This document shows, in pieces, positions 18,450 through 27,143 of a stretch of 62,491 bases of DNA. Position numbers and translations under genes: made by a program. The notes beneath the pieces were generated by a model. That model was not told where the DNA came from. It did not search any database and saw only the letters and a list, made by a program, of their open reading frames with translations. The stretch spans positions 1 through 62,491 of the forward strand of contig JALIAA010000204.1 in the NCBI GenBank assembly GCA_030577455.1, read 5' to 3'. Source of the DNA: Pirellulales bacterium (GTDB lineage: Bacteria; Planctomycetota; Planctomycetia; Pirellulales; UBA1268). Numbering within the stretch: position 1 is the first letter of the stretch; each line of letters begins with the position of its first letter.

Positions 18450-19691
18450 TCACTTACTCTCTTTTGACTTCTGTGTAGCTGAATCCGGAAGCTCTTTTTT
18501 TGCTGATTTATCAACTGACTTCCCCTCATTGGCTTCAGCTTTTTTTTCCAGATTCTTGGCAGCCTGCTTCACATCTTGACTGTCCGCCTTTTTCTCGCCA
18601 GCTTTCGGAGCCTTCACTTTCGGATCTTTCGGTGGATTCGCTTTTGCAGCAGGCGAGGACTTGGAAGCGGCTTTACCATCTATTTTTTTACTAGAGGGCG
18701 CTGAGGCTATCACCGATTGTGCGCCTTTTGTTTTTGCCGTTTTTCTTTTCTCAGTATCTTGACTGGTTTTTGAAACAGCTTTCGCATCTGGCGGCTGATC
18801 TTCTTCAAGCGTATCAAGCATTTCCTGCAATCCTAGTAACTGAGCATTGACTGTCTGAGTCGCCGCTCGCACCATTGCCTGCCGATCTGCCTGTGCCCTC
18901 GCAGTTGCCTGACTAAATTCTTTTTGCTGCGACTTCAGCGCCTGTGACTGCTCAGCAAGATCTTTTGACCGTTCCTCGAGAGACGCTTCGAGTACACCGA
19001 TCACGGTTTTGATCTCTCCTATCATTCTGGCTCGTTCAACTTTTGTTATCTCGGACTGAACAGCCAGTTTCTCAGCAACATCCTCTCGAACCTCTGCAAC
19101 ATTCTGTGTTGCTTCACCCAGTCTCTTCTCGAGACGGGTTGCTGATTTTTTCTGATCATCAAGCTGCCCAGAGAGTTGTTTCTCAAGACGCAGTGCCGTC
19201 GCGGCCTGGACTTCAACACCAGCGGCAACTGCACCCTGAACCTCACTAATTCGCTTCAGATTCGCTTCACTCGAAGCCTTCACCTGATTCATTGTCTGCT
19301 GCAACGCCGACTTCACCTCTGACTGGTTGCGTGCGAGCCGCCACAGACCTGTTGTTGCAGCGAACGCAATAAGCGCTACGACGACACTCAGGGTCATAAC
19401 ATGCCTACTGGAGTTCCCATTATTTTGAACCTCTTCCTCAAGCCTCGTCATCCGGCGTGCAAATTCTTCCGACTCTCGCCGGCGATCTGCAAGAAAATCA
19501 TTGAGTTGGCCTGCGGCATCACGAATCATTGAAGCGGCTTCTTGCTGAGAAAGCTCGTCTGCAGGAAGAATCAATTCGTCTTCCTGCTCCACTGCCTTCT
19601 GCTCCGGCTCTAAACTCTCACCAGCATGCATCGCGCCCGGCACTTCTAACTCATGATCTCGTTCATTTTTTGGTGTTTGTGTCATCAACAA
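18450..19691 (-). CDS. Membrane-anchored coiled-coil protein with Lys/Ala/Pro-rich C-terminal tail
   Basis: Acidic N-terminus, a single TM segment (MTLSVVVALIAFAATTGLW), about 200 aa of Q/E/A/L-rich heptad-like sequence, and a tail reading ...KSSPAAKANPPKDPKVKAPKAGEKKA.... GGAG RBS. Confidence 0.6.
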   Translation of the reverse strand: MLMTQTPKNERDHELEVPGAMHAGESLEPEQKAVEQEDELILPADELSQQEAASMIRDAAGQLNDFLADRRRESEEFARRMTRLEEEVQNNGNSSRHVMTLSVVVALIAFAATTGLWRLARNQSEVKSALQQTMNQVKASSEANLKRISEVQGAVAAGVEVQAATALRLEKQLSGQLDDQKKSATRLEKRLGEATQNVAEVREDVAEKLAVQSEITKVERARMIGEIKTVIGVLEASLEERSKDLAEQSQALKSQQKEFSQATARAQADRQAMVRAATQTVNAQLLGLQEMLDTLEEDQPPDAKAVSKTSQDTEKRKTAKTKGAQSVIASAPSSKKIDGKAASKSSPAAKANPPKDPKVKAPKAGEKKADSQDVKQAAKNLEKKAEANEGKSVDKSAKKELPDSATQKSKESK

Positions 19692-19965
19692 CTCCAGACG
19701 GTAAGCTACCGCCGAATATTTTGTACTTGAAGCGAATTACCTGTTTTGAAGCCATCCATGGCCTCCATTACAGACTATCGGAAAGCAGGGGCCATCAACC
19801 AGAGTCGACTCTGTGGGAAACTGTGCATAAACTAAAGAATGTCGAGGTATTTTCCCAGCAAAATGGCAAAAATTCTATCGCAGCCAACCAGCTTTACCTA
19901 GACACCCGCGCTTACAAAGGACGCAGCGGCTATACTCAATAGCTGCACCAAAGGAGAACTCGAAA

Positions 19966-21246
19966 ATGTTGCTTACTGCACCTCTCTCAAATCACTCGGG
20001 TCACGTTACTCGATCACACCCATACACACGGATTGTGCCTGCTGCATGTGCCGGCATTCTTCTTGGGCTTTTCTGTTTGGTACCGAATCCGTGCTCTGCA
20101 GAAGAAGTCCTGCTCGGAGACCCCTCCCTCACCGCAGGAGTTCCCGGCAGTGGACCAATCTCAATGAGTGAAATCGAAACATGGTTAGGAGATGAACGCA
20201 ATTTTGTCGAACTTACCCCCCGACTCCCACTCGGTCTTTCTCAAGGCTCCAGCCAAATTACTGGCCTCGACGAAAACCCACTGACTCGTGCGAAAATTGA
20301 ACTTGGTCGGCAACTCTATTTCGACACACGGCTGTCTGTCGATTCCACTGTCAGTTGCGCAAGTTGCCATGATCCATCAATGGGCTACACAGCACAGACA
20401 AAAACAGGCATTGGGATTAAAGGTCAGGCTGGTGGTCGGAACTCGCCAGTTTCATTCAATCGTATTCTTTCTGACAAACAGTTCTGGGATGGTCGTGCAG
20501 GATCACTCGAGGCACAGGCAATCGGCCCGATAGAGAATCCCATTGAAATGGGCTTTACCCACGAAGGCGTTGTGAAACGCTTAGCGAGTATCCCGGTGTA
20601 TGCAAAACAATTCGAGAAAATCTTTGGCTCTGTAACAATTGAGGCCGTTGGACAAGCGATCGCTGCTTTCGAACGCGTCATCGTCACAGCACCATCACCG
20701 TACGACTACAACGAGCAGTGGAGAGCGTTTAAGAATCTCGAACCTGAGGATCTTGAAGACGACCCTGAACTTGCCAAACTCTACGCAGATGCTGCTGCAG
20801 GTGTGAAAGCACATCCCATGAGTGAATCTGCAAAACGTGGTCGGGAAATATTTTTCACCGAAAAAGGAAACTGCACTGCCTGCCATGTCGGCGCAAATCT
20901 TGCAGATGAAAAATATCACAATATTGGCGTCGGCATGGATGAAGAAGACCACGACATCGGTCGGCATGCTGTTTCAAAAGATGATGTCGACATTGGCGCG
21001 TTCAAAACGCCAACGATCCGCAATGTTGCGCTCACGGCACCGTACATGCACGATGGTTCGGTAGCGACACTTGAGGAGGTCGTCGAGTGGTATGACAAGG
21101 GTGGTCATCCAAGTAAGCACTTGAGCACAAAGATCAAGCCTCTAAACCTGAACGACGCTGAAGAAGCCGATCTCGTTGAATTCATGAAAGCCTGCACAAG
21201 CCCAACACCTGTCGTTGAAACAAGTCGCCTCCCGGCAGACGCGTGA
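19966..21246 (+). CDS. Di-haem cytochrome c peroxidase (CCP/MauG family)
   Basis: Two haem-c motifs (CASCHD and CTACHV) and PYMHDGS. Signal-like segment ACAGILLGLFCLVPNPCSA. AAGGAG RBS. Confidence 0.9.
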   Translation: MLLTAPLSNHSGHVTRSHPYTRIVPAACAGILLGLFCLVPNPCSAEEVLLGDPSLTAGVPGSGPISMSEIETWLGDERNFVELTPRLPLGLSQGSSQITGLDENPLTRAKIELGRQLYFDTRLSVDSTVSCASCHDPSMGYTAQTKTGIGIKGQAGGRNSPVSFNRILSDKQFWDGRAGSLEAQAIGPIENPIEMGFTHEGVVKRLASIPVYAKQFEKIFGSVTIEAVGQAIAAFERVIVTAPSPYDYNEQWRAFKNLEPEDLEDDPELAKLYADAAAGVKAHPMSESAKRGREIFFTEKGNCTACHVGANLADEKYHNIGVGMDEEDHDIGRHAVSKDDVDIGAFKTPTIRNVALTAPYMHDGSVATLEEVVEWYDKGGHPSKHLSTKIKPLNLNDAEEADLVEFMKACTSPTPVVETSRLPADA

Positions 21247-21267
21247 TGCTGCAAGACAACCAGCATC
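21245..21267 (+). terminator. Short hairpin overlapping the peroxidase stop codon
   Basis: gatgctg-N9-cagcatc forms a 7-bp stem. No U-tract, so support is weak. Confidence 0.3.
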
Positions 21268-21360
21268 TGCAACACGGCGTTGACAATGCCCGACTTACGA
21301 CAGTGTTCGATGCTTGTACCAGCCGATAGTGCATGAAAGCAAGTCAGTAAGGATTGAGTT

Positions 21361-22050
21361 ATGAGTGATGAGAATCACCCCGAGAACAACCCTGAGCAAC
21401 CTGTCCAGCAGATTCAGCATTCATCAGCAACAGCACGAATACCTGATGAGATTGGGCGAGGTGTTTTTGCGACGGCGGTGATCGTACTTCACGGCCCCAA
21501 CGAATACACAATTGATTTTATTCAGTCACTGGCACGCCCAAATCGTGTCGCAGCACGAATTATCCTCCCACCAGTTGTGGCCAACCAATTCGTACTCGCT
21601 CTGGAACAGGCGCTGGAGAAGTACCGTGTTTCATTTGGACATGTACCAAACGAAAATCAGGCACCACATCCAGGTAAGAAGCCAGAATCTGGCAGCAGCA
21701 ATGTGGACGGCGGCCAAAAAACGCAAGATGCCAGTCCACAAGATGCTACTCCAACAGAAAAACACTCATTGGCAGGCACTCCAAAAACCTCAACACCACC
21801 TCCGGTTCAAAAAAATATCGTGCAACCACCTCCAATTGCAGATATCTATGACAACCTCAAACTGCCTGATGACATGCTCGGTGGCGTCTACGCCAACATG
21901 GCGTCAATTTCACACACGGAAAGTGAGTTCTGCTTTGACTTTATTGCACAGTTTTTCCCACGATCGGCGGTCACGGCACGTGTCTATATGGCAGCACCCC
22001 GGGCGCCTGAACTTCTGAGTTCATTAAAGCGTTCGATCAACGCAAATTAG
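21361..22050 (+). CDS. Protein with two DUF3467-like domains joined by a P/Q/T-rich linker
   Basis: Motifs FATAVIVLHGPNEYTIDFIQ (N-terminal half) and YANMASISHTESEFCFDFIAQFF (C-terminal half) resemble the DUF3467 core. Assignment is from memory. Confidence 0.65.
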   Translation: MSDENHPENNPEQPVQQIQHSSATARIPDEIGRGVFATAVIVLHGPNEYTIDFIQSLARPNRVAARIILPPVVANQFVLALEQALEKYRVSFGHVPNENQAPHPGKKPESGSSNVDGGQKTQDASPQDATPTEKHSLAGTPKTSTPPPVQKNIVQPPPIADIYDNLKLPDDMLGGVYANMASISHTESEFCFDFIAQFFPRSAVTARVYMAAPRAPELLSSLKRSINAN

Positions 22051-22152
22051 GTGCTGCGTGATGCGATACATGTTATTGCCTCACACACCACCCCTGAAGA
22101 GTCAGGGATTCCACCGACAAAATTGCCCGATTGATAGACGGAGTTTACTCTG

Positions 22153-24012
22153 TCAGGTGACTGTGATTGGATTTCGTGCACTGTCTTCTTGCAATGATTC
22201 ATGATTGTCCAGAATGTAGTCGATGGCTCGCGCAAATGCAGGGACATGCTCAAGACTGAGGACCGTTGAATCAAGATCAGCAATTTTCATTCTTCGCTGC
22301 ATTCGTCCGCGAAAGTCTGAATCATCAATCATCCGGCAGCAAACATCTAGAAAATCTGCTTCATTGTCTGTCACTAACTCTTCGAGTCCGACCTTGTTCA
22401 AAAGATACGCTGTAGACAGGTTATAGAATCGATTACCAGCCATTGTCACAACAGGCAATCTCAGGGTAAGCAAATCAACTGCAGTGTTGTACCCACCAAA
22501 GGGATGTGCATCAATCGCGAAGTGAGCGTGTTCCAAAGATTGCATATACCGCTGAAAGTCGAAATTCGGCATCACAACCGTCTGTTCTGTGCCCAGAATA
22601 TTTTCAACAGCTCGCTTAAGTGGTATGTATCCATTGCCGAGCACTGCTCCGCCCGGAAAAAAGTGAAACTTCACCGGAGTTTCAACTCTCTCGGCAATGA
22701 CCTTGAGGCGATTCAGATGCTCACTATTAATTTTCTGGCCACTCCACGTGCAATTAATAATGATCGGCTTTTCTCCAAGCGTGGGGTACTCCAGTCGATA
22801 CTCCAATGGCACCGGCGCCTGCGCACACCCCGGAATCAAAACAAGTCGCTCAGAATAGTGCTCGCGTGCCCGATCAGCTACCTCGGTTTCACGTCCTCCA
22901 ATCCAGTAATCTATCTTTGCCCCGAAGGTACTCACGGGATGACCGTAGTTACTCACCTGAATCGGCGCGATGCGCATGTTGGCGAGAATAATACTCTCGA
23001 TACTCATGCCAATATCAGGAAAATAGGCCATCGAAAAGTCGTTTGGATTGATAGCCGATAGATCATCAGCCTTCTCCGAAGCATTATAATGGCGCACGTC
23101 ACTGAAGATTTCAGTGTCAAGGTCTTCCCGAGGTCGTCCGAGGTGAATGAGCACAAGTTCATGGGTTTTCGCAAGTTCTTTCAGGAACGGATGCTGTGAC
23201 CGGTACACGCTCTGCCGGGGAAACCACATTGAAGAAAGAACACCGATCTTCTTCGGCTTTGGTGTATTTGTAATTTTCTGTTGACAAAGAGGTGTTGCCT
23301 GGAACAGCCGATTGATCCGCTGCTTCACGAGATAATCTTTTTCGCTATCAATGTACGTTGCACCAAAGTATGCATGATGCGTGAATGAGTTAATCCCAAT
23401 CAAACGATCATCCTCAAATGTAATGTGATCGCGGAGATGGGCGAGAGTGTCTGGATCAGACGGCCCAGTTCGGTACATTTCGAGAAAACAGAAATACCAC
23501 TGTGTCGCAAGCTGTGGGCTTGTTGCAAAAAGTAGCCGTCGATCAATTTTCACTCGATTACGACCCGAATAGAGCGAAAGTAGCTTCGTATAGTTTCGCT
23601 GCTGCTTCAAAAGAATCTGTATAAACGGGTCCGTTGTTCGGAAATCACTTATCGCAACTACATTTCCGATTACAGCGTTGAGGTCAATAAAACTCGTAGC
23701 GTACTTCTCGGGAAGTATGAAATCTTCCTGAGACATAAAGTAGAGAAATTGTTTCACGAAGTGATTAATCGCAGCGTGATTGGCTTCCTCAAGCTGATAA
23801 TATGTCGTGTCTCGCAGGTGCGTGAGTACCGTCAGGAACTGCACCGCCATGTGCTCGTATTCCTCAGCCTGGTAATGCCGTACAAGTTCCACCGCATCAA
23901 ACTCAAGAAGCGGGCTACTCGGCACGGACAGATTCGCAGACCCCTGCTGGCTTGCAGTTGTTCCTCGTGTATTCTCTCCTGCTTCTTGACCACCACCTGC
24001 AAGCGACGACAT
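22153..24012 (-). CDS. GT41-like glycosyltransferase without TPR repeats (OGT/SPINDLY/HMW1C-related)
   Basis: The C-terminal lobe HPFGGYNTAVDLLTLRLPVVTMAGNRFYNLSTAYLLNKVGLEELV parallels the GT41 block (..G.TT.DAL.MGVPVVT..G..F..R...SLL...GL.ELIA). KKIGVLSSMWFPRQSVYRS parallels the GT41 'IGYVS.DF..H' block. Start at ATG 24012 with AGGAG upstream (the track start 24030 is TTG). Confidence 0.6.
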   Translation of the reverse strand: MSSLAGGGQEAGENTRGTTASQQGSANLSVPSSPLLEFDAVELVRHYQAEEYEHMAVQFLTVLTHLRDTTYYQLEEANHAAINHFVKQFLYFMSQEDFILPEKYATSFIDLNAVIGNVVAISDFRTTDPFIQILLKQQRNYTKLLSLYSGRNRVKIDRRLLFATSPQLATQWYFCFLEMYRTGPSDPDTLAHLRDHITFEDDRLIGINSFTHHAYFGATYIDSEKDYLVKQRINRLFQATPLCQQKITNTPKPKKIGVLSSMWFPRQSVYRSQHPFLKELAKTHELVLIHLGRPREDLDTEIFSDVRHYNASEKADDLSAINPNDFSMAYFPDIGMSIESIILANMRIAPIQVSNYGHPVSTFGAKIDYWIGGRETEVADRAREHYSERLVLIPGCAQAPVPLEYRLEYPTLGEKPIIINCTWSGQKINSEHLNRLKVIAERVETPVKFHFFPGGAVLGNGYIPLKRAVENILGTEQTVVMPNFDFQRYMQSLEHAHFAIDAHPFGGYNTAVDLLTLRLPVVTMAGNRFYNLSTAYLLNKVGLEELVTDNEADFLDVCCRMIDDSDFRGRMQRRMKIADLDSTVLSLEHVPAFARAIDYILDNHESLQEDSARNPITVT

Positions 24013-24120
24013 GCTTTTCTCCTGATGCAATTCCTCTCACAATGACATTCTCGATTCTTTGACCCCAACCTAAACAAAACTCGACGAGAACGCGACTCGT
24101 CGGTGTGCTTCACGTCTTAC

Positions 24121-25728
24121 TTAGAGAAACAGAAAGTCTGATATTTTCTGCCAGACCGTCCAGCTCGCAATAATAATAAAACCAATCGCTGAAAACCAAA
24201 GTAGAACATCCCATGCTTTTTTCGGAGCAAGCCGTTGATCAATGTCGCAATACCGAAAATAAAGGACAGCAATGGCAAGCGCACCGAGCATCACAGCCTG
24301 CGCAACACCGCTTGCTAACACCATCGCAACAGGGGCACGGAATAAAAATGCCATCGCTAATGCAGCGATCACCCAAACTACACATGTAACCCGAACAGCT
24401 TTTCGACGTGAGGCCTCATCACCTGGCAACAACCCGGCGAGCACCAAGCCGTCAGCCACCATTCGAGAGTTGCCCGCTGCAGCAACAAAAAAAGTGGAAT
24501 ATAAAACTGCGAAAGCACCAAGCAAGAATACCTGCTGAATCCAGACACCAAAGATTGGTACATACATTTGACCAAGCGTGCGTACCATTTCATTTCCTGA
24601 AGGCACGAGACCCAGCCGCCCCAGAGTTGCTGCACCCAGTACATAGAAGAAAACGGTAACCGACGTATAGACAATCATTGACAGCCATGCATCGAGCTGC
24701 ATGACTCGCATCCACCCTTTGGCATTAGCTGCCCAGCCTTCAGAAGAGGAATGTGCACCGACTGATTTGCCATACCCCTTCTCAAGACACCAGTATGGAT
24801 AGACCATCAACTCAGCAGCCCCAACACCAATGATGCCAAGAGCCGCAAGCGCGACCGAGAAACCACCACTCGCTCCCTCTAATGATGGAGTCAGCCCTGT
24901 TATCCATTCTTCACTCGAGACCGCCCAATTGGGATCAGCCTGGAGCATGACAACAGCAAGAAAAGTAAATAATGTAAAGGCAAGAACAAGAACGAGTGAC
25001 AGTCGCTCAATGAGTCCATACCGACCACCTGCAAGAAGAACTCCCGTCAGCACTGCCATGAGAACAGCATAGATAGAGGCATCATACGGAGCCTTTAGTT
25101 CATTTGATTGACGGCGTAGCACCGTGAGATTTTTTTTCATGGCCAGCACATCAGATTGGCCCTCACGTGCTGCAAGTGCCGTATCAATTTCTGCTTTGGC
25201 GAGTTCTTCGTACAACTCACCGGCGACACGACCCGAGGTCGTAAGCGGCAAGGCGGCCGCAAGTGATTGTCCTACACCTGCAAGAATACCCCCTTGCTGA
25301 ACTACGATAAGAACCATCATTACCGCCCAGCACCAATAGATCCATCCTCGCCCTGCGACCCGTGGACCCGGAACTCGGTCAAACGAGGCCAGCGGTGTCC
25401 GCCCCCAGGTAATTGCATTCCGACCAATCTCAATTTGTGCTGCAACCTTTACGGCACAGCCGAGAATGATGAGCCATAAGAGACTGAAGCCAACCTTTGC
25501 CCCAACAACAGTTGTTGCAATAAGTTCACCACTTCCAACAATTGAGCTTGCCAGGATAATACCCGGCCCAAGAGCAGCAACTGTTTTCCAGAATGTCTTT
25601 GGCGGTGGGGAATACTTTTCAAGACTTTCACCCACTCGTTCATTTTCCTTACCGGTCACACCCACCCCTTTATCAAGAAGCCTCCTCACACAACCAAGCC
25701 AAAGCGACGACCCTGCGTCGTTACACAA
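24121..25728 (-). CDS. Nramp-related polytopic membrane transporter
   Basis: About 11-12 hydrophobic helices. GPGIILASSIVGSGELIATTVVGAKVGFSLLWLIILGCAVKVAAQIEIGR resembles Nramp/MntH TM1-TM2. The 5' end is uncertain (the track start is TTG). Confidence 0.7.
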   Translation of the reverse strand: MCNDAGSSLWLGCVRRLLDKGVGVTGKENERVGESLEKYSPPPKTFWKTVAALGPGIILASSIVGSGELIATTVVGAKVGFSLLWLIILGCAVKVAAQIEIGRNAITWGRTPLASFDRVPGPRVAGRGWIYWCWAVMMVLIVVQQGGILAGVGQSLAAALPLTTSGRVAGELYEELAKAEIDTALAAREGQSDVLAMKKNLTVLRRQSNELKAPYDASIYAVLMAVLTGVLLAGGRYGLIERLSLVLVLAFTLFTFLAVVMLQADPNWAVSSEEWITGLTPSLEGASGGFSVALAALGIIGVGAAELMVYPYWCLEKGYGKSVGAHSSSEGWAANAKGWMRVMQLDAWLSMIVYTSVTVFFYVLGAATLGRLGLVPSGNEMVRTLGQMYVPIFGVWIQQVFLLGAFAVLYSTFFVAAAGNSRMVADGLVLAGLLPGDEASRRKAVRVTCVVWVIAALAMAFLFRAPVAMVLASGVAQAVMLGALAIAVLYFRYCDIDQRLAPKKAWDVLLWFSAIGFIIIASWTVWQKISDFLFL

Positions 25729-25799
25729 ACTTTCGATGGCGTACTCGTCATAACTAGATCATAATTAGATAGCTGTGATCAAATGCCTACGATGCCACC

Positions 25800-27104
25800 A
25801 TGGAAATCCGGAAAAAGTTCCTTTCGACACAAAAGCACATCGGGTGCCATTTCCCCGAGATTCAGGATGAACACGCCATGAAAAAACAGGTTCGCAAGCG
25901 AAAATACAAAACGACCGAACCATCGACAGTCGATGCAAATCGAGCTATTGACCTTGTAGTAGATCTGATGAAAGTGCCGGGACCAAGCTGCCACGAAGAA
26001 CAGATCACAAAACAGGTATGCCGACGGTTGACTGCAGCTGGTATTCCAGCATCAGCAATCACAACTGACAATGCGCACAAAAAATCACCAGCTGGAGGCA
26101 GCACAGGCAATCTCATTGTGAAGCTTCCAGGAACAATACGGGCACCCCGAAGAATGCTCATGGCGCACCTCGACACAGTACCCTTATGCGTTGGCTGCAG
26201 GCCGATACAGCGGGGCGATTCTCTTGTTTCCGGAAATCCAAAAACGGCTCTTGGCGCTGACAATCGATCGGGAGTTGCCGCGGTACTCAATGCTGTTCTT
26301 GAAATCCAACGGAAAAAACTTCCCCATCCCCCACTCACCCTTTTATTCACGATTCAAGAAGAACTCGGTTTATTCGGCAGTCGTTTTGTAAACGTGAGCA
26401 AGCTGGGCAGCCCCAAGCTTGCATGGAACTGGGATGGCCGCGGCCCTGAAAGAATCACTCATGCCGCTATCGGCGGCAGAACTTTATCGATTCAATTCAA
26501 TGGTATTGCAAGTCATGCAGGCGGTGCTGCCGATCGTGGAGTCAGCGCACTCGCGCTTGCCGGCCTTGCCATTCAAGACATCGTAAGTGGGGGCTGGCAT
26601 GGTGAATTTCTACGCGGAGGAAAAGTAGGTACATGCAATCTTGCCACTATCCACGGGGGTGACGCAACAAATGTTGTGACTGACCGCGTTGATATTGAAG
26701 GAGAATGCCGTAGCTTCGATCGACGACTCCTCGACCGTATTGCTCGTGAAGTCGAGCGAGCATGCCAACGAGCAGTTCGCTCAACAAAAAACTGTCGTGG
26801 CCAACGAGGGTCAGTGACATTTCATACCGATATCGAATACGAGCCGTTTACCATTCCCAAAAATGCGGCTTCTGTAAAAGCCGCCGAGTCTGCCATACGA
26901 TCATTAGGCATGAAACCTGAACTCCTTACAACACAAGGCGCACTCGATGCAAACTGGCTCAACGCTCGCGGTATTCCAGTAGCAACACTTGGAGCCGGTC
27001 AGGTCGCCGGGCATTCATTAGCCGAGAGATTGGATATTGAACAGTTTCTCACAGGCTGCAAGGTAGCACTTCGACTAGCGACATCACCAGAACTCTCAGC
27101 ATGA
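25800..27104 (+). CDS. M20/M42-type metallopeptidase (PepT-like)
   Basis: MAHLDTVP, GADNRSGVAAVL, QEELGLFGS and HGGDATNVV metal-ligand blocks. An alternative ATG lies at 25878. Confidence 0.8.
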   Translation: MEIRKKFLSTQKHIGCHFPEIQDEHAMKKQVRKRKYKTTEPSTVDANRAIDLVVDLMKVPGPSCHEEQITKQVCRRLTAAGIPASAITTDNAHKKSPAGGSTGNLIVKLPGTIRAPRRMLMAHLDTVPLCVGCRPIQRGDSLVSGNPKTALGADNRSGVAAVLNAVLEIQRKKLPHPPLTLLFTIQEELGLFGSRFVNVSKLGSPKLAWNWDGRGPERITHAAIGGRTLSIQFNGIASHAGGAADRGVSALALAGLAIQDIVSGGWHGEFLRGGKVGTCNLATIHGGDATNVVTDRVDIEGECRSFDRRLLDRIAREVERACQRAVRSTKNCRGQRGSVTFHTDIEYEPFTIPKNAASVKAAESAIRSLGMKPELLTTQGALDANWLNARGIPVATLGAGQVAGHSLAERLDIEQFLTGCKVALRLATSPELSA

Positions 27105-27143
27105 TTTTAAGTAGTAATTAAGAATTTTTAGAGACACTCATGC

